A stretch of 64,000 nucleotides of DNA from Candidatus Anderseniibacteriota bacterium (GCA_046350905.1 JAXLZN010000002.1:65293-129292); one strand, 5' to 3'; positions 21,602 to 31,111 are shown, numbered from the stretch's first letter. The notes: generated by a model not told the origin, from the letters alone. Numbers and translations are program-made.

Positions 21602-22622
21602 CTAAACGACCACGTAGCGGCCGTCGCGCCGTTCGATCCGGCCGGGCACGCGGAAGCCTGAGGCCAGACGGTGGCCACCCCCGCCCAGCACGCGCGCAAT
21701 GCTCGCGACGTCGGTGTCCTTGTGTTCGTTGGAGCGCAGGGAGCCCTTGACGCTGCCTGGCTCTTCTTCGGTCAGCAGCAGGGCGAACCGGCACTCCGGC
21801 ACGTGCGACAGAAAGCTCACGATGCCGTTGGCTTCTTCGGGGGTGACGTCGAGGTCGCGGAAGTCTTGCTGCGTGATGACCGAGAGGGCCATGCCCGAGG
21901 TGGGGTGCAGCTCGGTGCGCTCGAGCGCACGGCCCCACAGCCGCAGGGCTTTGGTGGTCTTGCTGCGGTAGAGCTTGGCAGCCACCAGGCCCGCGTCGGC
22001 GCCCGCGCGCACGCAGTCGGCCGCCATACGCAAGGCGCGTGCGTCGGTATTGGCGTGCTGCAGGCTGCCCGTGTCGTAGTAGAGCGTGGCGAGCAGGGCC
22101 GTCGCGGTCTCGACATCGAGCGGGACGTTCCAGGCTTTGCTCAGCTCGTGCACGATCAGGCCAGTCGAGGCGGCCGTCCGGTCGAGGAGCGAACGGTGGC
22201 CGTAGCCCGGGTCCTGCAGGTGGTGGTCGACGTTGATCACGCTGGCGAGGTCAGGGTTGGCGCCGCCGCAGTTGGCGGTGATGAGCCGCGCGAGCTGCTC
22301 GGTAAAACCGGTCAACAAGCTCGCCGCAGTCGAGGATGACGATAGCGGCGTAGCGCAGGAAGATCCGGCTGCTGCACGACGAGGTCGACGTCTGGCAAAA
22401 AGCGCAGGCTCTCGGGGACGAGGTCGGCGCAGGCAGCGTCGGCCAGCTGCCGAGGTTGATCAGGATACGGCGCAGCGCGAGGGCCGAGGCCAGGCTGTCC
22501 CCGTCGATCGGGCGTCCCGCCAAGCACAGCACGCGGCCACGTGCCACGAGCGAACGCAGCTCGGCCGCGCCGTGGGGCGAGGTCGGGGAGGGCGCGTTCT
22601 GGTTGTCGGTGTCCGGGATCAC
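21602..22622 (-). CDS. nrnA: DHH/DHHA1 phosphoesterase (NrnA/DhhP-like; N-terminal part frameshifted)
   Basis: GDSLASALAL (ORF 22251..22622), INVDHHLQ (DHH motif) and GGGGHRLASGF (DHHA1 GGGH motif) in ORF 21602..22318. Confidence 0.8.
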
Positions 22623-22987
22623 GGCTGCACCGGCTCGCGCGGCTGCTCACGGCGGTTGGCAACAAAGATCTGCTCCATGTGCGCGTGCTGTTCGCCCTTG
22701 TCGGGAACAAAGCGGAGACGTGGCACCGGGCGCATCGAGAGCCGGCTGTTGATCTGGCGCTGCAGGGCGTTGAGGCGCGTGCGCGAGCACGCGCAACGTG
22801 CGCCCAGCGTGCGATGCAGGGGCAGCACCGAGATCGAAACGGTGGCGTGCCGCAGATCGACCGAGCACTCTACGCGCGTGACCGTAGCCAGCACGTCGCG
22901 CCGTAGCTCAACCTCAAGCCGCAGGGCTCGGCGAGCTGCTGGCGGATCAGTTCGTTAACTTTTGCGATGCGGGTGCGGTCGGCCATG
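22619..22987 (-). CDS. rbfA: ribosome-binding factor A (apparent frameshifts)
   Basis: MADRTRIAKVNELIRQQLAE at 22987, then VTRVECSVDLRHATVSISVL..LRFVPD in ORF 22619..22894. Sits immediately downstream of infB. Confidence 0.8.
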
Positions 22988-23005
22988 TGCAGAACGGAGC
23001 GAACG

Positions 23006-24961
23006 CTAGAGCGTACGGGCGCGCTCTTCTTCTTTGTAGAACTTGAGGATGTCGCCGACACGGAGCTTGATCGGACCGGCGAACGTCACGCCTGCCTCGA
23101 TGCCGGTCTTCACTTCTTCGGCGCGCTTCTTGGCTTGCTGCAGGTCGGTGACCTTGCCCTTGCCGATGATTTCGTCGTTGCGGAGCACCTCGACGTGCAT
23201 GCCACGCACGGCCACCCCGCTCGTGATCTTGCCGCCCACGATCATCTCGCCCTTGCCGGTGCGGAAGATCGCGAGCAGGCGGAGCGTACCTAGGTCGGTG
23301 CGGATATGCTCCGTCGGGAGCAACGCCGCCATGCGCTTCTTGGTGGCTTCGACTAGGTCGTAGATCACCTTGTACTCCTCAACCTCGACGTGCTCTTTCT
23401 CGGCGATGCGTTTGGCGACTGGCGCGGTCTTGACGTTGAAGCCGAGCACCACGGCATGTGTGGCCTGCGCGGTCAGCACGTCAGATTCGGTCACGTCGCC
23501 GACGCCGGTGCGCACAAAGGCAGCTACGACTTCCTTGGTGCCGACCGAGCGTAACGTCTCCACCACCGCTTCGAGCGAACCCTGCACGTCTGCCTTAATA
23601 ATGACGGGCAGCTTGAGCACGGACTCATCTTGCTCGGCGGCGCGATCGGCCGATGACTGCGACATCTTACGCAGCTTGTCGAGCTCCTTGAGCTGCTTCA
23701 CCTTTTCTTTGGCGACCCGCTTGCTGATCTCGACCATCAGGACATCGCCAGCCTCGGGCGCTTGCGCCAAGCCAAAGACCTGCACCGGATCGGCGGGCAG
23801 GGCGCGTTCGACCTTGTCGCCCTTAAAGTCGGAGAGCTTGCGGATGGTCCCCGAGGTCGAACCTACCGAGATTTGGTCGTTGACGTTGAGCGTACCGGCC
23901 AGCACGAGGACGGTGGCGACGGGACCCTCCTGCTTGTCGACGTGCGACTCGAGCACCGTGCCGATGGCGGGGCGGTGCGGGTTGGCGCGTAGCTCCTGCA
24001 CGTCAGCCACGAGCAGCAGCATCTCGAGCAGCTTGTCGAGGTTCTTGTGCTGCTTGGCCGAGATCTCGACCGCCACGGTGTCCCCACCCCACTCTTCGGT
24101 CAGGACGCCAACTTCGGAGAGCTCCTTTTTGACGCGCGTGGGATCCGCGTCCGGGAGGTCGATCTTGTTGATCGCAACAACAATCGGAATGCCGGCTGCT
24201 TTGGCAAAGTTGATCGCCTCGATGGTCTGGGGCTTGACCCCGTCGTTGGCGGCGACCACCAGCACCGCAATGTCGGTGACCGAGGTACCGCGCTGCCGCA
24301 TAGCCGAGAACGCTTCGTGGCCCGGCGTGTCGAGGAAGGTAATTTTCTTGCCCTTCTTGACCACCTGGTAGGCTCCAATGTGCTGGGTGATGCCGCCGGC
24401 CTCACCTGCGGCCACGTTGGCCTCGCGCAGCGCGTCGAGCAGCGTGGTCTTGCCGTGGTCGACGTGGCCGGTGATGACCACGATAGGCGGACGGGGCTTG
24501 AGCTGGCGTTCGTCCTTTTCTACCAAGAGCTCGCGCAGCTGCTTGGGGCTCAGCTTGGTCGAACGCTGCTCGGTCTCCTCGCTCTTCTCAACCTTGACGC
24601 CGAGGTCTTCGGAAATGATGGCCGCGGTCTCAAAGTCGATCGACTCGTTGAGGTTGGCCACGATGCCGTTCTTGAGCAGCTCGGTGATGACCTCGGAGAC
24701 GCTCAGGTCGAGCCGCTCCGCAAAGGCCTTAACCGTGACGCGCGCCGGGATCTTGATGACGCGGGTGGCCTCAGGCTTGGCGCGCTCTGCGGCCTTGACC
24801 TGCTGCTTGTGCTGCTCGGCCAGGTACTGCTCGATGCGCTCAACCCACTTCTTTTCGATCTTCTTGGCGTTGGGCTTAACAGGCAAGCGCAGCTTGCGGA
24901 ACAGGTCCCGCAGTTCGTCCTTAGAGAGGTTGGTTCGTTTGGCTAGCTCGGTGATGTTCAT
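23006..24961 (-). CDS. infB: translation initiation factor IF-2
   Basis: Intact 651-aa ORF with [20 protein letters not shown] and NKID GTPase motifs. Confidence 0.97.
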   Translation of the reverse strand: MNITELAKRTNLSKDELRDLFRKLRLPVKPNAKKIEKKWVERIEQYLAEQHKQQVKAAERAKPEATRVIKIPARVTVKAFAERLDLSVSEVITELLKNGIVANLNESIDFETAAIISEDLGVKVEKSEETEQRSTKLSPKQLRELLVEKDERQLKPRPPIVVITGHVDHGKTTLLDALREANVAAGEAGGITQHIGAYQVVKKGKKITFLDTPGHEAFSAMRQRGTSVTDIAVLVVAANDGVKPQTIEAINFAKAAGIPIVVAINKIDLPDADPTRVKKELSEVGVLTEEWGGDTVAVEISAKQHKNLDKLLEMLLLVADVQELRANPHRPAIGTVLESHVDKQEGPVATVLVLAGTLNVNDQISVGSTSGTIRKLSDFKGDKVERALPADPVQVFGLAQAPEAGDVLMVEISKRVAKEKVKQLKELDKLRKMSQSSADRAAEQDESVLKLPVIIKADVQGSLEAVVETLRSVGTKEVVAAFVRTGVGDVTESDVLTAQATHAVVLGFNVKTAPVAKRIAEKEHVEVEEYKVIYDLVEATKKRMAALLPTEHIRTDLGTLRLLAIFRTGKGEMIVGGKITSGVAVRGMHVEVLRNDEIIGKGKVTDLQQAKKRAEEVKTGIEAGVTFAGPIKLRVGDILKFYKEEERARTL

Positions 24962-25047
24962 ACAAAAAGTGCCCCGCGCACAGGGCGCACTTCACCCTGC
25001 AACGTCGGAGCTAGTCTGTCAACCGTGCCAGGCTTCTCCGTAGCGCG

Positions 25048-25377
25048 TTACTGGACCACCGGCGGGTGCGAACCATTCCCGCGCAACGCGGCTTGGAACT
25101 CGTCGATGTCGGCTTGGTCGGCAGGCGTGAGCGGAACCTGCTGGATCAGCCGCCGCTTACGTAGGTTGCGCGACAAGATCACGATGTGCGCGACCACCAT
25201 GAAGCCGAGCGCGATCCAGAGCGCGCCGCCTGCTACGTAGATCGCAGCGCGGTAGCCAAAAAAGAACCCGACCGTCACCAAGATCAAGCCTGCCACGGTA
25301 ATCTTGCCCCAGCGCGGCCACTTATCGTGGATGTGTCCGATGGTGTCCCACAGGAACCCCCAAGCAGCTTTAAACAT
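25048..25377 (-). CDS. hypothetical small membrane protein
   Basis: 109-aa ORF with two clear hydrophobic helices (ITVAGLILVTVGFFFGY; GALWIALGFMVVAHIVIL). No family recognised. Confidence 0.55.
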   Translation of the reverse strand: MFKAAWGFLWDTIGHIHDKWPRWGKITVAGLILVTVGFFFGYRAAIYVAGGALWIALGFMVVAHIVILSRNLRKRRLIQQVPLTPADQADIDEFQAALRGNGSHPPVVQ

Positions 25378-25412
25378 TGCTCCTACGTACTAGCACGGGT
25401 GGTCGACTTTTG

Positions 25413-26183
25413 CTACGCAAAGAGCCGCTGGCGGCCCACTACAAACTGCACGTTGGTGGTGGAGCTGTGCACGATGACGGGGGTTCGCACCACCTGGCGG
25501 CCATCGAGGTAGCAGGCAATCGGGTGGCTGGCTCGGATCTCGAGCTCGCGTCCCCAGAACGAACTACGTTCACCCTCTCGGCTGCGCAGCAGGCCACCGC
25601 CCCCGCGCACGAGCGAGAGCCGCAGCCGTCCCTCCATGGGGTCGTGCACCACGGTCAGCTCGTGGACCGGCGCCTCGACGCGTAGCGCACCGTCGATGCG
25701 GACGGAGGGGGTAAAGACCAGCTGCTCGCGGCGAACCCGCCGGAGCCACTTGCGTGGGCCTTCTTGCTCGACGGGCGGCGTGCAGGTCAGGCGGCTGATG
25801 AAGCCGTGCTCGTTAGCAAAGGCCAGCCGGAGCGGACGGACGATGCGTCGCGAGAGGGTCACGATGGCGTCCGCGCTCGTGACGCCGAGCAGGGCTGCGA
25901 TGGGCTGATCAGGTAGCACCGGCACGTACGCCAGCGGTGTAGCTGTGCCGAGCTTGGCCATGGCGTTGGTCGCGGCGTTGAGCGTGCGGTCGTCCCCCAC
26001 GATCACGATGGGTGCGTAGCCGCGCGTGACTGCGTCGCGCACCAAGTCCTCAACTTTTCGGAGCGAGGTGACCTGGCCGCGTTCGCCCGTGAGGCTCAAG
26101 TTGTTGACCTGCGTCTCAATGCGGCTGAGGGGGCGTTCGTGGCGTCCCCCGGCGAGGAACGCGTCGTAGACGTAGTAGTACAC
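25413..26183 (-). CDS. diacylglycerol/lipid kinase catalytic-domain-like protein (YegS/LCB5 family-like)
   Basis: 256-aa ORF. IVIVGDDRTLNAATNAM aligns to the GGDGT nucleotide-binding motif region (here GDDRT). Confidence 0.6.
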   Translation of the reverse strand: MYYYVYDAFLAGGRHERPLSRIETQVNNLSLTGERGQVTSLRKVEDLVRDAVTRGYAPIVIVGDDRTLNAATNAMAKLGTATPLAYVPVLPDQPIAALLGVTSADAIVTLSRRIVRPLRLAFANEHGFISRLTCTPPVEQEGPRKWLRRVRREQLVFTPSVRIDGALRVEAPVHELTVVHDPMEGRLRLSLVRGGGGLLRSREGERSSFWGRELEIRASHPIACYLDGRQVVRTPVIVHSSTTNVQFVVGRQRLFA

Positions 26184-26193
26184 CTAGGCGAAC

Positions 26194-26613
26194 CTAGGCG
26201 CTCGCGGCGGCCTTGGCGCGCAGCTCGGTCGGAACCTGCACCGCTGGGCCCGCTGCTGGTTCCTCGGTCGACATGCTGCTCTGACCCGTGAACTGGGCAC
26301 CCTGCGCAATGACCAGCTCAGTGCAGGTCAGGTTGCCTTTGACGCGGGCAGACTCAGCGAGCGCAATGCGCTTGGTTACGTTGATGTCGCCCTCAACGTG
26401 GCCTGCAACCTCTGCACTCGCGGCCTTTACGTTGGCAAAAACTTTGGCGCTCGTACCGATCAGGACAGCGCCGTCGGTGGTGATGGAGCCACGCACCTCT
26501 CCGTCGATCCGGATGTCGCCCTGGCTCTTGAGGTCCCCTTCCACCTTGAGGGATACGCCGACGATGGTTTCTACTACCGCGGTGGATTGTTCGTCAGGGA
26601 GCCGGTTGCGCAT
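26194..26613 (-). CDS. bactofilin-family cytoskeletal protein
   Basis: 139-aa ORF with the repetitive beta-helix pattern (VEGDLKSQGDIRIDGEVRGSI..VFANVKAASAEVAGHVEGDINV..ARVKGNL). Confidence 0.85.
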   Translation of the reverse strand: MRNRLPDEQSTAVVETIVGVSLKVEGDLKSQGDIRIDGEVRGSITTDGAVLIGTSAKVFANVKAASAEVAGHVEGDINVTKRIALAESARVKGNLTCTELVIAQGAQFTGQSSMSTEEPAAGPAVQVPTELRAKAAASA

Positions 26614-26696
26614 GTGATCGTAAGTTTATGTAAGTAGGTTATTCTACCTACGTCTTGCGTAGGATCTATTTGACTTAAGTAATAATGTATTAGCTA

Positions 26697-26993
26697 ATGC
26701 GATACCAACCTAGGAAAAAGCACGAGAAAAGGTTTGCGTCACAAGAGATCTCCTCAGGCGAGCAGGCTTCTGCCGCCCAGAGCGAGGTGACGCAGACCGA
26801 GTACGTGGCTGAATTCACCCCCAGTGAGGAGCGTATGGTCGGGTTTATCAGACGCGATGTTGTCCGTGTCCTGGCTGCTCTACTCGTTGTGGCGGTTGCA
26901 TTTGGCTCACTCGTGGTGGTGGGAATAAAGCGTCCACTCCTCCTACAAAACATTGGTCAGCGGCTTGCTCAGTCCGCTGGTCTCAAGAAGTAG
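26697..26993 (+). CDS. hypothetical small membrane protein (start uncertain)
   Basis: 98-aa ORF in a low-GC stretch with one TM helix (VVRVLAALLVVAVAFGSLVVVG). It follows an AT-rich intergenic region containing TTGACT. Confidence 0.4.
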   Translation: MRYQPRKKHEKRFASQEISSGEQASAAQSEVTQTEYVAEFTPSEERMVGFIRRDVVRVLAALLVVAVAFGSLVVVGIKRPLLLQNIGQRLAQSAGLKK

Positions 26994-26996
26994 TTC

Positions 26997-28259
26997 TTAA
27001 TGTTTCGTTAAGAATTTCTTCGTTTCACGTGGAACTGAGAGATTTGTCAAGAGCAGAATAAGGAGAACCGCGATTCCAACACCTTGCGGGATTGAGATCA
27101 GGTAGTGATCAAGCGTCGCAAGTGGGAGAAGAACTAGAAAAGTTGCTAGGTCACCAATCCGAGGTGACCTGAGCAAGGGTATGCAAAGCGCCAGAATAGC
27201 CGCAACGCCCAGCAGTCCTACTTCAGCCGCTAGGAGTAGCCCCACGTTGTGAACTGGTTGGAGCTCAAAGGGCTGCCAATCTGGGTGCCGAGCCTGCAAA
27301 ACAGGCACAAAGTTACGTAAACCAACCCCCACGAGGGGGTTCTGCTGGAGCACCTCGGCGGCAGCACTAGATAGGGAGTTCCGAATATCCAGCTGCTGGG
27401 TTTGCTCGCTGAGATTAAAACGACCGGTCAGTAACGGGACAAACGCAACGATGCCCAGTAGCGCAACCACGATGGTCGTCCCCGTCACCCGCCAGCGTGA
27501 ACGGCCACCCAGCACAAAGATCGCGAGCAACGCGACCAGTCCACTCAACCAGGCCGAACGAGAGAAGCTGACGATCAGCCCGAGTGTAACCAGTCCAGCG
27601 CCAACTTTTTCTAGTGTGCTTGACCTATCTTTATTTTTGTTAGCTAGTGCGTAGGCGCATAGTCCGACAACGCAGAACGCGCCAAAAAGATTGGCGTGCG
27701 GAAAGGTGCCGAAGGGCCGGAGGAGCTTCACGGTTCCAATAGCTAGCTTGGCCACGCCGAGGGTGGTGTCGTTGGCGACAGGTTCGCCGAGGCGCCAAAG
27801 ACCGAGGCTATGGCCGAGGGCAAACTGGAGGAGCCCGAGCGAGGCCTCTACTGCAGCTACCGCAAAGACCGTCTGGCCGAGGAGCTGCCGGGCTGCTGCA
27901 TCACGCTGGCAGTAGCGGTAGACCAGCACCGTCGTGAGGCCGTAGGTGCAGAGGAGGGCAAACCACCATACTGCCAAGTCCGGCCGGAGAGCGCGGTTGG
28001 CCCCGATGGCGACAGCGACTACCAGCGCTAGCAAGGCAAAAAAGCTGCGGAGGCTCAAACGGGGCGCGTAGCGCCGCAGCGCCACGATCAGGGCCACCGA
28101 GACCAGGGCCGAGAGCGGTAAAAACAGCCGGGTGTACTCGAGGTGCTGGTTCGCGCCAAAGTCTTGCGGCTGCCCAAAAACGTAGCGCGTACCTAACGCT
28201 AGGCTCACGATCCACGCGACCAAGATTCCTTTTGTTAGCAGGGCGCTGCGGCGACCCAT
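26997..28259 (-). CDS. O-antigen ligase/polymerase-like (Wzy_C) integral membrane protein
   Basis: 420-aa ORF with ~10 hydrophobic helices. The ..LIVSFSRSAWLSGLVALLAIFVL.. segment is typical of the O-antigen ligase domain. GC content is visibly lower than the flanks. Confidence 0.75.
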   Translation of the reverse strand: MGRRSALLTKGILVAWIVSLALGTRYVFGQPQDFGANQHLEYTRLFLPLSALVSVALIVALRRYAPRLSLRSFFALLALVVAVAIGANRALRPDLAVWWFALLCTYGLTTVLVYRYCQRDAAARQLLGQTVFAVAAVEASLGLLQFALGHSLGLWRLGEPVANDTTLGVAKLAIGTVKLLRPFGTFPHANLFGAFCVVGLCAYALANKNKDRSSTLEKVGAGLVTLGLIVSFSRSAWLSGLVALLAIFVLGGRSRWRVTGTTIVVALLGIVAFVPLLTGRFNLSEQTQQLDIRNSLSSAAAEVLQQNPLVGVGLRNFVPVLQARHPDWQPFELQPVHNVGLLLAAEVGLLGVAAILALCIPLLRSPRIGDLATFLVLLPLATLDHYLISIPQGVGIAVLLILLLTNLSVPRETKKFLTKH

Positions 28260-28308
28260 GCGGGTTGCCTAGTGTAGCGTACGGCCGGATTGTTCGCTGC
28301 GACGCCGT

Positions 28309-28385
28309 GGTGGGCACGAGAGGGATCGAACCTCTGACCTTGCGAATGTGAATCGCACGCTCTAACCAGCTGAGCTACGTGCCCC
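28309..28385 (-). tRNA. tRNA-Val (anticodon CAC), CCA encoded
   Basis: Hand-folded: acceptor GGGCACG/CGTGCCC, anticodon stem TGCGA/TCGCA with loop TTCACAT, T loop GGTTCGATCC. Confidence 0.9.
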
Positions 28386-28401
28386 TGGCCGCTTGGCCGT
28401 T

Positions 28402-28476
28402 GGTGGACCTGAGGGGGATTGAACCCCTGACCTCGTCAATGCGAATGACGCGCTCTACCACTGAGCTACAGGCCCC
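28402..28476 (-). tRNA. tRNA-Ala (anticodon CGC), CCA encoded
   Basis: Hand-folded: acceptor GGGCCTG/CAGGTCC with a G3:U70 pair, anticodon loop TTCGCAT. Confidence 0.9.
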
Positions 28477-28520
28477 GAAGCATTCGGCAGGGTAGTGCTT
28501 CTCGACGTCCGTCGCAAGGC

Positions 28521-28967
28521 GTGGTACCAGAGGCGGTCATGCAGGCTGCTCACCAACCCTACCGACTCGTTGTGGCGTTTCCGACCGACCTGACGCCCTG
28601 CTGCGAACGCGAGCGCCGCGCCTTTGCCGCCAAGCTGCGGCACCTGACGGCGGCCGGGGTGCGGGTCGAGGCGCTCTCACCGGTAGCGTGCGTCGCGCAC
28701 GATCGGTACGTCGCGCGTTTTGAGCTGGACTACCCGCTCGTGGTTGATGCTGAGTACAAACGTCTCCGTGAACTCGGCTGGGTCTCGGAGCGAACCTGGC
28801 ACGGCAAGCCCTACCGCCACGTGGCCCGCGCGGCCGCGCTGTTTGATGCTGCCGGTCGACTGGTACGCGAGTACCAGCCCTTTGATCTCGAGCACGAGGT
28901 GCTGCGGGTTACCGCCGACCTGCCGCTGCGGCCACGAGGCGCTCGAGGGTCGGCAAAAGCTGCGTAA
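28521..28967 (+). CDS. peroxiredoxin (Bcp/AhpC-TSA-like thioredoxin-fold protein)
   Basis: 148-aa ORF. VVAFPTDLTPCCERE aligns to the FYPKDFTPGCT peroxidatic-Cys motif. ..ALSPV...H..F....LDYPLVVD.. fits the family pattern. Confidence 0.65.
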   Translation: MVPEAVMQAAHQPYRLVVAFPTDLTPCCERERRAFAAKLRHLTAAGVRVEALSPVACVAHDRYVARFELDYPLVVDAEYKRLRELGWVSERTWHGKPYRHVARAAALFDAAGRLVREYQPFDLEHEVLRVTADLPLRPRGARGSAKAA

Positions 28968-29793
28968 ACCAGTCTGCGTAGCCCGCTACGCCCGGGTGAA
29001 AGCCATCTGCTGAGTAGTAGCGCTTGGGATCCTGCGCAAACGGGTCTTTGTCCGCGGGGCGGAGCAGATCAACGTAGGCGACCTGGTGCGACTTGGCCGC
29101 GGCGCGTGCGATGTCGCGCACCTGCCGGGAGCGCTGACCAAAAAATGCGTTGACTGGCCACGGAAATATCGGCGCCGTAGCGAACATCCCCGGCGGCATG
29201 AGCACGACGTGGTCGCTGAGCTTGCGCGCGCGGTCGAGCAGGTCGTTGACGTCAGCCGGCAGCTTGTCGAGTGGGGTGCGGTGCAAAATGTTGTTGCCGC
29301 AGGCGAGCAGTACGACAACGTCAAAACGCTCCGGTGGCGCAGGGAGCAGTGCGGCGATCTCGTGCACCTCGAGGCCGTTCTTGCTGCGGTTGACCACCGT
29401 CGCACCGGGGTAGCGAGCGCCGATCAGGCCGGCTACCGAGGTGGCCGGGTCGAGCACGCCCGTGCCGACGGCCGTGCTGTCGCCGGCGACGAGGATGCGG
29501 AGGTTCGCTCCGGCCCCGGTCGAGGCTCCGGCCTGCTCAAACGGACGGGCCTGCTGGGCGAGTGTGCGGCCGTGGGAAGCCAGAATTAACGTGCGCACGA
29601 CGTTGGTCACGACGGCGATAGCGAGCGTGATCCCGATGATCAGCGCGACGAGGATGAGGTTGCGGCCGAGCACGGTGCTACCGTACCACGCATGCCTGGC
29701 AGGTTGAGCAGCAAGCGAGTGGCGGCGTTTCGGGCGCTGGTGTGGCGCCACAACCGGCAGCACTACCGCGACTTTCCCTGGCGTCGAACGCAC
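28909..29793 (-). CDS. SGNH/GDSL-family hydrolase with N-terminal membrane anchor (true start may be GTG at 29673)
   Basis: LRILVAGDSTAVGTG (block I GDS), ..LLACGNNIL.. (block III) and a C-terminal DGFHPG (block V DxxH-like). The upstream 120 nt of the ORF overlap the divergent glycosylase gene. Confidence 0.75.
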   Translation of the reverse strand: MRSTPGKVAVVLPVVAPHQRPKRRHSLAAQPARHAWYGSTVLGRNLILVALIIGITLAIAVVTNVVRTLILASHGRTLAQQARPFEQAGASTGAGANLRILVAGDSTAVGTGVLDPATSVAGLIGARYPGATVVNRSKNGLEVHEIAALLPAPPERFDVVVLLACGNNILHRTPLDKLPADVNDLLDRARKLSDHVVLMPPGMFATAPIFPWPVNAFFGQRSRQVRDIARAAAKSHQVAYVDLLRPADKDPFAQDPKRYYSADGFHPGVAGYADWFTQLLPTLERLVAAAAGRR

Positions 29794-30525
29794 GACCCCT
29801 ACCGCATCGCCGTATCAGAGGTGATGCTGCAGCAGACGCAGGCCCCGCGGGTGGTGCCAAAGTACCTGGCGTTTGTGCGGCGGTTTCCCACCTGGCGAAC
29901 GCTTGCGCGCGCGTCGGTTGGCGATGTCTTGCGGCTGTGGTCCGGCCTCGGCTACAACCGACGCGCGCTGGCGCTGCGCTCCCTCGCGCAGGCGGTCGTG
30001 CAGGAGCACGGCGGCAAGCTCCCGTGCACGCAGGAAGGGCTCGAAGCGCTCCCCGGCATCGGCCCCGCTACTGCAGCCGCCATCCGCGCCTTTGCGTTTG
30101 AAGAGCCTTCGGTCTACCTCGACACCAACGTGCGGAGCGTGTACCTCCACAAATTTTTTCCGCGGCGGAGCAAGGTACCTGACGCGGCGCTCGTCCCGCT
30201 GATCGAGCAAACCTTTGTGCGTAGCCGTCCGCGGGACTGGTACTACGCCCTGCTCGACTACGGTGCCTGGCTCAAAGCTACGACCGGCAACGCCTCGCGA
30301 CGTAGCAAGCACTTTGCCAAGCAGTCGCGGTTTGAAGGTTCGCAGCGGCAGCTGCGTGGACTCGTTATCCGTGAACTGCTCATCCGAACGCACGAGCCAA
30401 AGAATCTTTTAGTTCGTGCCCGCCGAGAGCACGATTGGACCGCAAAAGAACTCAACGCGGTTCTCGCAGACCTGGCGAGCGACGGGCTCATTACCAAATC
30501 TGAAAACTTCGTACGCATAGTTTGA
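29692..30525 (+). CDS. HhH-GPD adenine DNA glycosylase, MutY-like, lacking the 4-Cys Fe-S cluster loop
   Basis: 277-aa ORF with SEVMLQQTQ (catalytic Glu context), WSGLGYNRRA, LPGIGPATAAAI (HhH-GPD) and YLDTNVRSV (catalytic Asp context). There is only one Cys in the whole protein. Confidence 0.75.
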   Translation: MPGRLSSKRVAAFRALVWRHNRQHYRDFPWRRTHDPYRIAVSEVMLQQTQAPRVVPKYLAFVRRFPTWRTLARASVGDVLRLWSGLGYNRRALALRSLAQAVVQEHGGKLPCTQEGLEALPGIGPATAAAIRAFAFEEPSVYLDTNVRSVYLHKFFPRRSKVPDAALVPLIEQTFVRSRPRDWYYALLDYGAWLKATTGNASRRSKHFAKQSRFEGSQRQLRGLVIRELLIRTHEPKNLLVRARREHDWTAKELNAVLADLASDGLITKSENFVRIV

Positions 30526-30585
30526 AAACGACGCAGCGCACGGTGTGCTAGTGTGACGTCACTTTACTCTGAGGAGGTGATTGAT

Positions 30586-30789
30586 ATGTCAAAGTACACG
30601 TTCGAATGCACCATGGGTCATGCGCCAGCCATGTTTGAAGTCATGGCTGATGACGACGACGCGGCCATGAAGATGATGATGGAAAAAGTGAAACCGCACC
30701 TCCAGGAGGTCCACAAGGATCAGCCCATGGACGACGCGGCCATCATGGATACGATCAAGAAAGGCTGGAAGAAAGAAGCAGCAGCCTAA
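30586..30789 (+). CDS. small acidic Met-rich protein (possibly DUF1059-like)
   Basis: ATG at 30586 lies 7 nt after GAGGAGGTGA (strong SD). 67 aa: MSKYTFECTMGH..MEKVKPHLQEVHKD. A terminator follows. Confidence 0.55.
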   Translation: MSKYTFECTMGHAPAMFEVMADDDDAAMKMMMEKVKPHLQEVHKDQPMDDAAIMDTIKKGWKKEAAA

Positions 30790-30815
30790 GGTTTTCAGGT
30801 CACCTGAAAGTAAAA

Positions 30816-30840
30816 ATGCGCCCTCGCGGGCGTATTTTTA
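30816..30840 (+). terminator. rho-independent terminator
   Basis: ATGCGCCC-TCGC-GGGCGTAT hairpin followed by TTTTTA. Confidence 0.7.
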
Positions 30841-30845
30841 TTCCC

Positions 30846-30922
30846 TGGTCGGGGTGACAGGACTTGAACCTGCGACCTCTTGCACCCCATGCAAGCGCTC
30901 TAGCCAACTGAGCTACACCCCG
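30846..30922 (-). tRNA. tRNA-Pro (anticodon GGG), CCA encoded
   Basis: Hand-folded: acceptor CGGGGTG/CACCCCG, anticodon stem CTTGC/GCAAG with loop ATGGGGT. Confidence 0.9.
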
Positions 30923-30959
30923 ATCGCGCGCGACCGACGCGTTTGCGTAGGTCACGCGG

Positions 30960-31035
30960 TGGTGGACCTGAGGGGATTTGAACCCCTTACCTCGCCCATG
31001 CCATGGGCGCGCTCTACCGATTGAGCTACAGGCCC
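30960..31035 (-). tRNA. tRNA-Ala (anticodon GGC), CCA encoded
   Basis: Hand-folded: acceptor GGGCCTG/CAGGTCC with G3:U70, anticodon stem CGCCC/GGGCG with loop ATGGCAT. Confidence 0.9.
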
Positions 31036-31111
31036 GCGCGGACGGGACGGTACGCTACCGGAGCGAACTCTTCAAGCCTCGCCAGGCGCGAACGCGCTAC
31101 CATGCTCCCAC

